From positions 208,072,001-208,136,000 of the forward strand of contig OZ024740.1 in NCBI GenBank assembly GCA_964016885.1: a stretch of 64,000 nucleotides of DNA, written 5' to 3'. Origin of the DNA: Eledone cirrhosa (Eukaryota). The notes under the pieces are model-generated. The model had not been told where the DNA came from, searched no databases, and saw only the letters and a list, made by a program, of their open reading frames with translations. Below are positions 1-14,882 of the stretch, piece by piece. Made by a program: the position numbers and the translations under genes. The stretch's first letter is position 1. Each line of letters starts with the position of its first letter.

Positions 1-385
1 CCAGTTATATAAAGCTAAACGTAATATATTAATTTTCTCCTTCAAAGAAACTCATCTGAATATTTCTAGTTTCTGAGAAACATGTCAAAGAAAGAAAGAG
101 AAATATAGCCATATTAAACGGAATATCTTTTAATGTTATCGATTTGTAGCATGGCCAGAGGGTGAGACATTTATTGAGGTTCGTTGTAATCTGTTTAGTC
201 AATGGCATTGCGTGACTGGCACTTATTTTACTGGCTATGAAGGGATGGAAGATTCTGTATTTCATTCCTCCAAATCTCGAAATACTTAGAACATACTGTC
301 TTTTCAACACACTTTATCTGTATGTCTCTCCTATATATGTACACGCATATTGATATCAATCTAGCTATCTAGCTATCTATCTATC

Positions 386-515
<130 letters not shown>

Positions 516-548
516 TACATACATATATATATACATATATATATATAT

Positions 549-635
<87 letters not shown>

Positions 636-679
636 GTTATATATACATATATATAATCATACATACATATATATAATTG

Positions 680-860
680 TTTCTACTTTTGGCACAAGGC
701 CAGCAATTATCACAGAGTATTACTGATACTTTATTTTATCGACCCCGTAAGGTTGAAAGGCAAAGTCAACCTCGGCGGGATTTGAACTCAGACCATAAAG
801 GGCCGTAACTCTTTCCTATAAAGCATGGCGTCCGACCCGCTACGATACTACCAATCCACA
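680..860 (-). mobile_element. tRNA-derived SINE (octopus-type, MetaSINE-like core)
   Basis: Minus strand has B box GAGTTCAAATCC followed by GCCGAGGTTGACTTTGCCTTTCA...GGGGTCGATAAAAT; the same core recurs at 870-990, 3985-4140, 19715-19812 and 35398-35450. Confidence 0.75.
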
Positions 861-869
861 TGGCTTCTT

Positions 870-990
870 ATATAGGCACAAGGCCAGCAGTTTTCGGGGG
901 AGGGGATATTCGATTAAATCGACCCCGTAAAGATGAAAGACAAAGTTAATCTCGGCGGGATTTGAACTCAGACCATAAAGGGCTGTAACT
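870..990 (-). mobile_element. Second SINE copy, 5' head replaced by the LINE 3' end
   Basis: Near-identical to 680-815; joins the LINE tail at a shared AAAGAG. Confidence 0.7.
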
Positions 991-3670
991 CTTTATTGGC
1001 CACAAGGACCGACATATAGGGGAAAATACAGTGGACAGGGACCGTGGGGATTTTACACAAAAATCGAGTAGAAAATAGGAAAACATAACAATAAACAAGA
1101 AAAATACAACAATGAAAACATGAAAACTCCCCATTAGGGGGTATAACCACCCAGGGTTGACTCAGGTACTCCACCAATCCTGAACCATCCGACGCTTCGG
1201 GGGCATCTGGGAAGGGTACCCCTCCTCTCCTCAAATTCACCAGCCTACAGGCGCATGATCAGTGTAGGCCCACTCACGCGGGCCATTCTCGCCACATTCA
1301 CCCACCTTTCAGAAAATATACTGGGGGTGGGAAGGCAACCTCCGGATACCGAAGGTCGACCCTATCGAATGCTTTCGATTGATCTAAATTGATCAGAGCC
1401 CCACCGAAGCCAGGTTTACGCCCTACCCTCTCTATGATCTATCGCATGAGGTGGAGCCTGTCATGTATGGACCTGGTCGAGATTGCGTAATTTGCACCTC
1501 CCCATCCAAATCCTCGACGATAAGCGCCAACCTCTTCGCTAAAACCTTGACCAAAATCTTAAACTCTGTGTTGAGCAGAGTTATGGGCTTGAAATTATCT
1601 AATGTGACCCTCTTTTTCTCGCCTTTCCTTATTAGCGTCACTACGCCCCGGCTAACAGAACAGAGAATACTCCCGTTCTGCTGCCAGTTGAAGTAGAGCG
1701 CTTCGAGGAGATCGGAGAACAAGTCTGGCATATTTACGTAAAGCTCGTAGGGCAGACCATCCAAACCGGGTGACTTGCGCCTCGTGCAGCCGACAAGGGC
1801 ATCTTGAATTTCGGCTGAAGTAATCGGCCATTCGCAGCGCCCCGTGTCGGCCGTTGAGAGCCTCGTCAAGCCATCGAGGTAAGGACTGAAGTCCGCTACC
1901 GTCTACCCGAACAACCGAGAAAAGTGGTGGCGAAAAGCCTCCCACATACACCTGGAATCGCTCAGCTCGTGACTGAGGCGTCCGTTAAAGACCGAATCGT
2001 GGTGTTATTACCATGCTGCGCCCCTGCCACGTGGACCCATTGAACAGCTTTGGTTCCCTCGTTTCTCAGAGCATGCGCCTTAGCCCTGACGATGCAGCCT
2101 CAGTGTTTCGCATTGAAGAATGGTCTAATGCCATTCTCGCCGCTAGCACGTCAGTTGCAGTGCCACTACAAATAGCCTCGTCTTAGCTACCAACTCCCTC
2201 TCTTTTCTATTTTTCTCTAACACTAATTCTTTGCTAAACCCTATCGAAATTACTCTAATCACTCTTTTGAGAGCCCCTCACCATCTGTTGTTGACGACAC
2301 CTCTTGTGAACTTCTGCTCAACTAAATTGTTGGCTCGGTCCCTATAAGCCTTACGTGCCGGAAATGACATGTTCAGCTTCCATTAACCAGGTCCTAACCT
2401 ACGCGTCTCAACTAGGTCGATCATACAGATCACAAACTTGTTATCTGAATAAGTGACCGTTTTTAAGCGTGGACAGCCTACACTATTTCTATCTATTTTC
2501 CTAATTAAAATCCTGTCTATATACGATCTAGACGACCCTATGCGGTTGATCCAGGTCCACACTGGCGCATTATGGAAATCTAGTTGGTACCTGTCAGACA
2601 GTTCTAACTGGCTGATCAAGTAATGTAGCTTTTGCACCCACGGCTCTTATCGGCTCCTCCCACACAATCCCAGCGTGCGTCTAAGAGGCCCTTCCAGTCC
2701 CCCTCTAACAGTACAGGGTGAGACGTGCCCAGAAAGGCTTCCAGGCGTCTAAAGGGGTCCGCCCGTCCGGCCTGGGTAGGAGCGTAGACGGCCACCAGTC
2801 TAAAGGCACCACCTTCGTTATTGTTCACGTCCAAGACCACCAACTTACCATCCGGGTCTCGGAAGATCGATTTTACCTCGAGATCCAGGTCTTGCCTAAA
2901 CAGCACTGCCACCCCACCTCCCATTCCCAGCCGACTAACAGATGCGGATATCTGATAGTCGTCGAACATGGGGCTAGTGCGCACCTGTCGGAAATCCTAG
3001 TCTCGCTGGCGGCAACTACATCCATTTCTAGAGACCTGAGGTTGTTGACCAGATGACCCTACTTCCATGACGACCCCAGGCCTCGAACATTTAAATTTTC
3101 TACTCTTAATATGGCCATGTTAGCAGGCTAAAAGAGAGAGGAAAGTTGAGGGCAGAAGGCTTGCAAATGGGTTTTTCTCCGCAAACGAAACAATATGGCC
3201 TTTTGACCTCAGTCATAATATGTTCTGGAGACGGATATGGTTCGGGATTGTTTTTACATTCTCGCGCCTGATCTGGAAAGGTATCTCCAGGTCAACCCCG
3301 GGCCTGTCCTCCCTGACAGCCCTTGTAACCTCTATCAGGAGGGTATCCGTCCGGGACAGTTAAGTTGGCCCAGGTTTGCTCTTGTTTGATGAGTTTCTAG
3401 GCCTGGGCCAACTTTTCATCTTTATTCGTGAGGACCATGCTGAAGCATGGTCTCTTTTTGGCTGCTGCCGCAGCAAAAGTATTCTTGTTGTTGGTAATGT
3501 TCTTGTTGTTGTTATTGTTGATGTTGTCGTTGTTGTTGTTGTTGTTGACGTTACTCTTGTTCCTGTTGCAGTTGGTTTTATCTTTGGTGCCGCCGTTGTT
3601 GTTTTCGGAGTAGTTGGTTTTGTTGCTGTTGATGCTGTCACTGTTCAGGGCGTTCCTGATGGTTTCCTTT
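990..3670 (-). mobile_element. Degenerate Tx1/L1-clade LINE (ORF1 end, APE endonuclease, partial RT, 3' UTR)
   Basis: ORF2 starts at 3118 with MAILRVENLNVRGL; contains GGGVAVLF, VAVYAP, LEGDW, SYIDRIL, KSPGLDGLPYE, NFKPITLLNTEFKIL and SKAFDRVD; many stops and frameshifts; ends GGCCAATAAAGA. Confidence 0.88.
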
Positions 3671-3984
3671 TTCCTTCGAATGAAACAGTCCTAGTCCTGT
3701 AGAAGTCATTTCTATATTAAATCTTATATATATATATATTCATTCAATGGCCAATGGATAAAATTCCAGAGTAACAAGATTCACCACTTAGCCATTAGAC
3801 GAATATATATATATGTGTGTGGGGGGGTGTGGGGGGGGGGTGTATTTTTAAATATAAGGATAAAGATCCCATAATTCCTTGTGGAGTTGTAGAGGCACCG
3901 TCAAAAGGCGTGTTTAGGGCACATTTAAACCTTGCGGAGCCCAACCCTCTCCAGGCCTGAATACAGCCGATGTTTTCTATAGAG

Positions 3985-4140
3985 GAAGAATTGATTCCAG
4001 TATTGGACTGGTTCATTTTTTTTATCGACCTCGAAAGGATGAAATGCAAAGTTGACCTCGGCGGGATTTGAACTCGTAAAGAGGTGGGACGAATACCCCG
4101 TAAGCATCTATCCGACGTCTTAATGACTCTCTCAATTCGC
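3985..4140 (-). mobile_element. tRNA-derived SINE
   Basis: B box GAGTTCAAATCC plus the same core as 680-860. Confidence 0.7.
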
Positions 4141-4475
4141 TGTTGTAGTGCTGTAGAAACAAGGAACAGTTCTGAAATTCAATATTTGTCAGAGAATGCT
4201 TGTTATTATCAATTATAATCATATATTCGATCTCAGAACATTAATTTTATGGTGAGAGTCGTATAATGTTTATTGTCACAACAACAGCTTCTGAAAGTGA
4301 AACTACCATCTTTACAAGTACTTTGTGGCTATTTATTAAATATATATTACATGGAAGCTGAGCTCTCTACGTTTGACGTTTCGAGTTCTTCGCATTTTAT
4401 ATTACCTAAGTTATTTCTAGGGACATTGTTATTTCAGTGACATTGTGAGTTTGATTCCTTTGTGTTCGGACCTGG

Positions 4476-4536
<61 letters not shown>

Positions 4537-4870
4537 CACTGACAAACACTCACAGTTATTTCTTAGATTCTTATTTAATGCCACAGTTCTCCAGTGTTCT
4601 TGTAAGTGTTGTTATTATCTTCGACAAATTTCAATACTTCGTTGATGTTGTATCGATTTATACAATTTGGGTTTTATCTACTTCCCAGAAGATATATTTA
4701 CTGTTTGCTTTGTACATAAACACTGTTGTCACTTTTCATATCGCCGGTTGCAATTTAGTAAGGTTCTCTTGTCTTAGAGGCTCTTTGATTCCAGGTATCT
4801 TGTGTAGGGGAGGGGTGTATCTGTGTGTATATATGTGTATCTGTGTGTGTATGTATATGTCTGTGTGTGT

Positions 4871-5371
4871 TTAATATTTCTGTAGAGTTTGCCTTTCTTT
4901 CATTTTCATGTGCTTTCGATGTCGATCACATTGTGGATTTGTGTGTTTATGTGTGTATGTGTGTGCATATATATATATGTGTGTGTGTATGTGTGTGTAT
5001 GTGTGTGTGTATGTGTGTGTGTATATGTGTGTATGTATATGTCTGTGTGTGTTTAATATTTCAGTAGAGTTTGCCTTTCTTTCATTTTCATGTGCTTTCG
5101 ATGTCGATCACATTGTGGATTTGTGTGTTTATGTGTGTATGTGTGTGCATATATATATATGTGTGTGTGTATGTGTGTGTATGTGTGTGTGTATGTGTGT
5201 GTGTATATGTGTGTATGTATATGTCTGTGTGTGTTTAATATTTCAGTAGAGTTTGCCTTTCTTTCATTTTCATGTGCTTTCGATGTCGATCACATTGTGG
5301 ATTTGTGTGTGTATGTGTGTATGTGTGTGCATATATGTGTGTGTGTATGTGTGTGTGTGTATATATATATA

Positions 5372-5442
<71 letters not shown>

Positions 5443-5655
5443 ATGTGTGTATATGTGTGTGTATGTGTGTGTATGTGTGTGTATATATATTTGTATGTGC
5501 GTATATATATGTGTGTGTTTGTGTGTATATATATATATATATATAAATGTGTATATATGTGTGTGTATGTGTATGTGTGTGTGTTTAATATTCCCGTAGA
5601 GTTCGGCTCCCTTTATTTTCATGTGCTTTTGAAGTCGATCTCATTGTGGATTTGA
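4871..5655. repeat. Composite tandem repeat: ~71-bp unique block plus (TG/TA)n, 4 copies
   Basis: TTAATATTTC.GTAGAGTT...CATTGTGGATTTG at 4871, 5053, 5235 (period 182) and a diverged copy at 5585. Confidence 0.9.
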
Positions 5656-5893
5656 AGATGTTTCCATTAATTCCTTTCTCTCTAAATATGGATTTTGATG
5701 TTCTCCTCTACGGTGATGTTTTCCCTATGAAACTGCTGGCGTTGTTGTATGGATTAGTCAATATAAAACTGCTCATGTTAATCTTCACATCTGTTTTTAG
5801 CATATCCATCATGACAAAGCGTTTGTAGATATACATAGACCACACACATGTGTATATAAATATATATATATATATGTAATATATATATATATA

Positions 5894-5953
<60 letters not shown>

Positions 5954-6042
5954 TATATATATATTATATATATATATATTTATATACACATGTGTGTGTA
6001 TATATATATATATATATATTCATATATACACATATATGTATA

Positions 6043-6117
<75 letters not shown>

Positions 6118-6548
6118 ATATATTAGATATATATATTGTGTGTGTTTAGTTTGTGTGTATGTAAGTATATCTGTATGTATATATGTATGTTTGAAGCCTG
6201 TCCATAATGACAATAATACTATGTAGTATTCTTATTTATTGTTATATCATCTTGAAGTTTTGTATTTGTTAATCCATAAGATTTCCTATTGATTAGGATT
6301 CTTTAAACATTTACAGTTTTAGATTGCTGTCATTTTCAATATTTCCACCGTTATATCTTTCTGCCAAGAAAGTTATACTTATATATTCCTTGGTGTGTTT
6401 CTGCTTCGGAATTTCTTGGTCGATAAACTGTAGGTATATCGAGGTTTGATTTTGAAGTGGTTTCTTATTCTTACATGCATTAGATCTATCTTCCTAGTTT
6501 ATATATACGTCATATCATTTTGATCTATATATGCGCTATATCTACCTT

Positions 6549-6610
<62 letters not shown>

Positions 6611-6884
6611 GATACACATTATATACACATCCGTCATATTTGTGTTTCTGTTTGATCCATTTGCTGTAACTATCTTCTTTGTTTGTACATACCCGATATA
6701 TATATCTTCCTGATTTATATTTCCAATATTCGCAGCTCATTTTTATTGTCTATATTATTTACGAGAGATTATTCCTTATTTTCCTTGTGTATTCTATAAT
6801 TTAAGTATTTTAATGCAATTATGACATGTTTCTCCTTTTACGTTTCTGCCTTCTTCAATTGTATACACACAAACACACACACAA

Positions 6885-6926
<42 letters not shown>

Positions 6927-7063
6927 TCGTGAGTGAATAACAATATTATAATAATATTATTAATGTTCGATTTGTTTGCAAGCAAACAGCCTCTTAAAAG
7001 GGTGTGTTTTATATAGGACTAACGTCATCCTTTTGTTCCAGCAGGTCATTGTCCCTTATCAAG

Positions 7064-7099
<36 letters not shown>

Positions 7100-7236
7100 A
7101 TAATACTCTGCTCTATGAGAGCACCGAGTGCCCATACGGCCTACCGCATACGGACATTTTAAGCATCCGACATATATAAAATTGGTGTCGGATGCTTAAA
7201 GCGTCCGTATATATAAAATTGTCCCTTATCAAGATT

Positions 7237-7304
<68 letters not shown>

Positions 7305-7374
7305 AATCTTGATAAGGGACAATGACCCTCTCAAAGTATAACAATATATATATGTATATATATATATTGATATA

Positions 7375-7793
7375 TTTTTGGAGGGTCATGCTACCAATAA
7401 AAACACACGCACCTGTTGGTTTTCACTTCAATTTATTTTTGGTTAGCTGGTTCGATAACCGAATGGCTGTTTATATATTGTCAAAGCTCTTTCGTCACAC
7501 ATTCTGTGACCTCCTCAGTGACTGGGTTTTTATTTTGTGTCTCTCCTTTGTTCTGTCCCACTGCATATTATTTTTGTGTGTTGTCTGCGGTCAGAACAAA
7601 GGAGAGAGACAAAATAAAAAAACCCAGTCACTGAGGAGGTCACAAAATGTGTGACGAAAGAGCGTTGACAATATTTAAACAACCATCCGGTTATCGAACC
7701 AACCAAACAACTGGAAATTTATAATAAATTGAAGTGAAAACCAACTGGTGCCTCTGTTTTATTGGCAGCATGACTCTCCCAAAGTATAACAAT
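7375..7793. repeat. Fold-back of a PLE pseudo-LTR-like end (arms ~7375-7558 and ~7589-7793)
   Basis: Arms are reverse complements; terminus ATGAC.CTC.CAAAGTATAAC is shared with the PLE end at 46787-46807; related copy at 33990-34190. Confidence 0.85.
7480..7522 (-). ncRNA. Type I hammerhead ribozyme motif
   Basis: gtca CTGAGGA g gtcaca..tgtgac GAAA gagc TT tgac; the mirror copy at 7627-7669(+) has U16->G. Confidence 0.75.
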
Positions 7794-7882
7794 GTCTGTT
7801 TCAACACACGTTTTCAGATAAGAAATGTTGCAAAAAAAATTAAAAAACGAAGTATATATATGTGTATATATATATAGTATAT

Positions 7883-8970
7883 ATATATAAATAAAATGAA
7901 GAATTAGAAATAGAAGCCAGGACTATCCATCATCAGTGGTCTACTAGCCATCATAGGTATTTCTTCGCATTAAAGACCAGATATCTCCGGCTAGCGCGAA
8001 CAATAACTAAAATAAGTTATTGGGATAAAAAGAGTTGGGTGGAGAAAGAAAGACAGGTAAACAAACACGAATGGTGAGGCAACGTAAAGAGAGGAAAAAA
8101 TGAGAAAATCAAGTTAATGATTCATTTTGAACATAAGAACGTGTGAATATTGACGAGAAGACAAAGACAAATCTTGGCTGTGCGAATGCGAGCGAGGAAA
8201 GAATTTCGTACGGTCTGGGAGGATGGAGGAAGTGAGAGAGGGGGTCGCGCTTGCCGGAGGTATCTGGTCTTTAATGCGAAGAAATACCTATGGTGGCTAG
8301 TAGACCACTGATGTTGGATAGTCCTTGCTTCCATTTTTAATTCTTCATTTTATTTATATATCACATTCGCAACAACATAGCACGCCATTTTTCATTCCTA
8401 TATGCTTTCCCCTTCGCTGTGACCTGTCTTTTTCTTTCCTTACTGCTATCCTCTTTCTCTTTCCCCCCTTCTCTCTCCTTCTCCCTCTTACTTTCATTCA
8501 CCCCCTCTGCTAGTCACCCTCTCTCGGCTAGCCTCTTCCTCACACTTTCACTCACTCACTCTCTGCCACTCACCCTCTCTCTCACTTCCTCCATCGCCCC
8601 ACACCGTACGAAATTCTTTCCTCGCTCACTTTCGCACGGTTAAGATGTGTCTCTCGTCTTCTCGTCAATATTCGCACGTTCTTATGTTCAAAATGAATCA
8701 TTGACTTGATTTTCTCATTTTTTCCTCTCTTTACGTTGCCTCACCATTCGTGTTTGTTTACCTGTCCCTCTTTCTCCACCCAATTCTTTTTATCCCAATA
8801 ACTTATTTTAGTTATTGTATCGCGTTAGCCCGAGGTATATGGTCTTTAATGTGAAGAAATACTTATGATAGCTAATAGACCACTGATGATGGATAGTCCT
8901 GGCTTCTATTTCTAATTCTTTATTTTATTTATATATCACATTTGCAACAACACAGCATACCATTTTTCAT
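7883..8970. repeat. Non-coding element with inverted arm (7883-8243 vs 8575-8937) and direct terminal repeats (8246-8395, 8821-8970)
   Basis: Visible reverse-complement and direct matches; PLE-like inverted plus tandem architecture. Confidence 0.8.
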
Positions 8971-8972
8971 TA

Positions 8973-9060
<88 letters not shown>

Positions 9061-9192
9061 GTGTGTGTGTAGGAGGTGAGTTTTATTGTAGTACAATAAA
9101 GCAATGCAAATATCGGATAAGTAGCACTCTACAGTTTGTAGGACTGGAGTATAAATAATATAAGATCAAAAGATGGTTAAAAGAGTTCCAAG

Positions 9193-9263
9193 TATTTTAT
9201 TATGTGCATTTCAAAAACAAATATCATCATGAGATGATATCTGCGTTTTCATCAGATAAAATA
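9193..9263 (-). ncRNA. Type I hammerhead ribozyme (family C)
   Basis: tattttat CTGATGA aaacgcagatatcatc-tcat-gatgatatttgttttt GAAA tgcaca TA ataaaata. Confidence 0.85.
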
Positions 9264-10200
9264 GGGATACATGATATGAAGGTTAAAAAACACTTGTGAA
9301 TAGTGAAGTTTTAAATCAACATATGAAAAATAATTTAAGATTGATGTGTGATATTGGGAAAAAGTGAGGGGGTGGAAAGGGTGAGAAAGAGGAGGAGAAG
9401 AGAGTAGAAAATGGTGGGGGAGGAGTATAAGAAGGAAGGATGAGAGATGAGGAGAGATGGGTGATAGAGAGATTTTTACATATTACATAAAAACAAACCC
9501 TAACTAATCTCCTCTATTATATTATATTATATTATTACCATTAGAAAATATTTCGTAAACATATATTTTGATGTTAGATTTTTTCTTTCTTAAACATTAT
9601 TGTCTTCTTTGTTTTCTGCGCTCATTTGTAAACAAACTATTTACATATATTACGCACACATATTACATTACATAAAAACAAACTTAAATACTAAATAATT
9701 CTTCTAAATTCATAACTCATACTCTCTTCTACTTCTTTTCACAGTATATCCTTAATAACATTAATCTTTTTATTTTAATAATACATATTAACAATTTCTT
9801 TTCCTCGCACATATTATTAAACCCTTCAATATACAAACCTTAATTTAATATTATTCTTAACCCCCTTTTTCTCTTCATCAACTGTTACTTTCAAATTCTT
9901 TTAAATTATCTATTATCTTCCAATGGCTTTTTAACTTCTCTCTGTGAGAGAATATATATTTTTCTCAGTTGTAAAGGCTATCTGTCTCTCTCTATCACCC
10001 ATCTCTCCTCATCTCTCATCCTTCCTTCTTATACTCCTCCCCCATCATTCTCTACTCTCTTCTCCTCCTCTTTCTCACCCTTTCCAACCCTCCCCCTCAC
10101 TTTTTCCCAATATCACACATCAATCTTAAATTATTTTTCATATGTTGATTTAAAACTTCACTATTCACAAGTGTTTTTTAACCTTCATATCATGTATCCC

Positions 10201-10271
10201 TATTTTATCTGATGAAAACGCAGATATCATCTCATGATGATATTTGTTTTTGAAATGCACATAATAAAATA
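10201..10271 (+). ncRNA. Type I hammerhead ribozyme (family C)
   Basis: Same motif as 9193-9263 on the opposite strand; 8-bp stem I, intact core. Confidence 0.85.
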
Positions 10272-10587
10272 CTTGGAACTCTTTTAACCATCTTTTGATC
10301 TTATATATATATATATATATATATATCAGGTTTACACTCTACTAACGTATTGAGTACCTTACCAACTGTGGTTACCTCCGCTTGAACCGGACACACACAC
10401 GCACACACATTTATATATATGTGTGTGATTCAACATGAATAGGGACATAATCCTTACACACAAATGGATACAGACACCCACATACATACCTACATACAAA
10501 CATACATACACACATACACACTTACCATATACATACATACATACATACATACATACATACATACATACATACATACATACATACATA

Positions 10588-11016
10588 CTCCACCCTGATT
10601 ACAGCTTTAGATTTATGCCTGTGGTTATTGGGGCACTGGGGTATGTTAGTAACTGCCTCAATACAAATCTTGAGAAGCTAGGCTTCACAGGAACAGAAAG
10701 AACACAACTAGTTAGGAAATTACAAGTACAATCTATTAATGGAACAGTAAAAATATGTAAAACATTCCAAAAATTGTGCATCTAATAACTGCATATACAC
10801 ATGTACAGATACAAAGCATATACACATGCACACATACAACTCAAAGCATACACATCCAAACAAACAATAACATCCATATCTACACATGCATGCAGACATG
10901 CATGCATATCTACCTAGTTGATGTTGTGTAAATTCCAATGAGAGAGTCTTGTGTCTATGTTAGAAACCGACTCTCTCTCTATTGGTAAAAATTGTGAAAT
11001 TATAAAACCAGAAGAA
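10588..11016 (+). mobile_element. 5'-truncated RLE-type non-LTR retrotransposon end inside a (CATA)n array
   Basis: FMPVVIGALGYV...KLQVQSINGTVKICKTF resembles the R4 C-terminus IPIVIGALG; (CATA)n on both sides. Confidence 0.75.
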
Positions 11017-11775
11017 CATACATACATACATACATACATACATACATACATACATACATACATACATACATACATACATACATACATACATACATACATG
11101 TCCATCATTACTATTTTATACAGTGTTTCTTCAAATTATTTCAGACGTTAGAGTCCAACACAGAGTCAATGTGACACACGCACACATTTCCTACTCTTTC
11201 ATAACACTTAACGATGGCAGTTTAATTTCTGTTTTCATGACAACTGTACTTAATCTTTTATGAAGCTGAATTCAGGGCACCGAGATTTCGTAATGTTATA
11301 CGTTAGTATATACATTGAACGTAAAAGGCAGTGGAAATGTTGCTTCAAAATATTAGTCATTAACTGGCTTAAGCATTAAATTCCATGCATTAAATTCCAT
11401 GCATTAAATTAGCATTTTTATAAGTTGAAGATGATTTACATTTTATATTTAATAACACAGCTCAACTAACGAGACTTTGTTTTTCATCGGAGATGAAAAT
11501 AACATTTTTCCAATGCCGTTTGGACATTGATTATTAATCTGCTATAATATTTTTGTTCCTAGCTCGTATGTATTTTTTTAGATGACAGTTTTTTTTTTAT
11601 ATTTTCTACATTTTGCTGAATACTGAAAGTGTATTAAATGACCTTTTATGTAATGTTTGTTTATTGCAGGAGCAGAAACAGACAGCGTGCATTTGATTAA
11701 TTCATACATAATTAATTTTAACCTCAAATTTTATATCTTAAATTCAATTAAATAAACATGTAATTGGAGGATATA

Positions 11776-12107
11776 CGAGGGTAAGCTGAAAAGTTATGAA
11801 GGATTTATGCTAGAGCTGTGAAATCTTGGGTGCATTAAGTTCAATTCTTCTTATTAATAACCGCATTGTTTCTTTCCAGGGACTATGTTGAAAAATAAAC
11901 CTCCATGAGAGTATCTTGGTCAGCTTATGCTGCAGTGATGCTAGAGCTGTGAAATCTTACCTACATAAATTTCATTCTTATTATTAATAACGGCATTGTT
12001 TCTTTCAAGAGATTATGTTGAAAAATAAACCTCATTTAGTCATTCCATGAGAGTATCTTGGTCAGCTTATGAATGTTTCAGCCTATGAGCTTTTCAGCCG
12101 ATCCTCA
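11776..12107. mobile_element. Tc1/mariner-like MITE with internal ~130-bp duplication
   Basis: Imperfect TIRs CGAGGGTAAGCTGAAAAGTT / AGCTTTTCAGCCGATCCTCA flanked by TA. Confidence 0.7.
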
Positions 12108-12494
12108 TACATTATACATGTTTTAAAAATCTTGTGAATATAGTTTTCCCTTATAAGTTTGGTCTAAGCTGTCGCAATACTATTATAGCATTCATCGATA
12201 GTCAATCATCGTGTATTTATTCTAATATCTTTAGTATCGTGTATTACATGAATATCTTGATGGAATCATTTTCTTGCTCATCGATCACCGTTCCAAGGTT
12301 TCTTCAGAAAACAAGTTATGGAGGTTATGGTGAGAAGTATATTTTTAACAATATCGGACAGCCCATTTCTTTATAGGAATGAATGTGCTTCTCAATTATA
12401 TCTCTTTATGTTGGAGATTTTAAAACGTGTTCAATAACAATATGAAAGCTTACCAAGTTGTTAACTCCCATATTCTTAAAGGTTTTTTCTTATT

Positions 12495-12975
12495 CTTCTT
12501 CTTCTTCTTCGCCCACATGTTCCTGCGACGGTCGTGGGGGAAGAGTCCTCAGACACTATTTCCATCGGGTCCTGTCAGAAGCAACTGTCTCCAACTGGTC
12601 CGGCTGGATCCCCAAGCAAGACTAGCCAAGCTCATGTATGTTATACAACCATCTTTCTCGGGGTCTACACCTGGGTCTTCTGTCGGTTGGTTTTGCCCGT
12701 AAAATCTCTCCAGTGATTCTTTCCTAAGACATTCTAACCACATGTCCATAGTATCGGAGCTGTGATCTTTCAGTTCGGAGAAGTAGCGGCTCTATCTGGA
12801 GTGACACTCTGATATCCGGACTAGGCACTCGATTGAGTAACGGCAGCTTGTATTCGCGATCGTATTCCTTCAGTCATTACCCAAGATTCATGACCCTGGG
12901 TAAGGATTGGCGCGAATACCGAATTGAAGAGAGCAAGTTTGACTTTTACACCTACCTCCCTTCTTCCGATAACTG
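12495..12975 (-). mobile_element. RTE-clade LINE 3' fragment
   Basis: KLALFNSVFAPILTQGHESW, SQLRYYGHVVRM, RPRCRPRERW; (GAA)n tail. Confidence 0.8.
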
Positions 12976-13149
12976 AGATCTCCACTGAAAATCGATTGAT
13001 TACTTCCATAATGAAAGGCATCAATTACTATATATCTATGTTATTGTGTGTGGTTTTTTTTAGGTGGAGAAGGTGGGGAATGAGAATGACTTGGCTCTAT
13101 ATAATATAGACAAACTGAATGAAAAGCAGTTTGTGGCATTAAAGAATAA

Positions 13150-14882
<1,733 letters not shown>

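Larger units (their letters stand above)
9062..10302. mobile_element. PLE-like 3' UTR/pLTR family C, inverted pair
   Basis: 9160-9475 is the reverse complement of 9985-10302; further copies at 33498-33960 and 58450-59495. Confidence 0.8.

Noticed and set aside
29-310. 93-aa ORF
   Set aside because: No recognisable motif, and the length is compatible with chance
3360-3702. Mucin-like or membrane ORFs
   Set aside because: This is an (AAC)n-rich low-complexity stretch within the Tx1-like ORF1 region and its antisense
4871-5655. CRISPR-like repeat-spacer array
   Set aside because: The spacers are microsatellites, the repeats are too long, the context is eukaryotic and there are no cas genes
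4100-6860. Highly decayed LINE on the minus strand
   Set aside because: Only faint motif echoes (NHFKIKPRYTY), not enough to call
7945-8000. HDV-like ribozyme (7-bp P1 with G-U wobble) on the minus strand
   Set aside because: There is no P1.1, P4 or catalytic J4/2 segment between P1' and P2'
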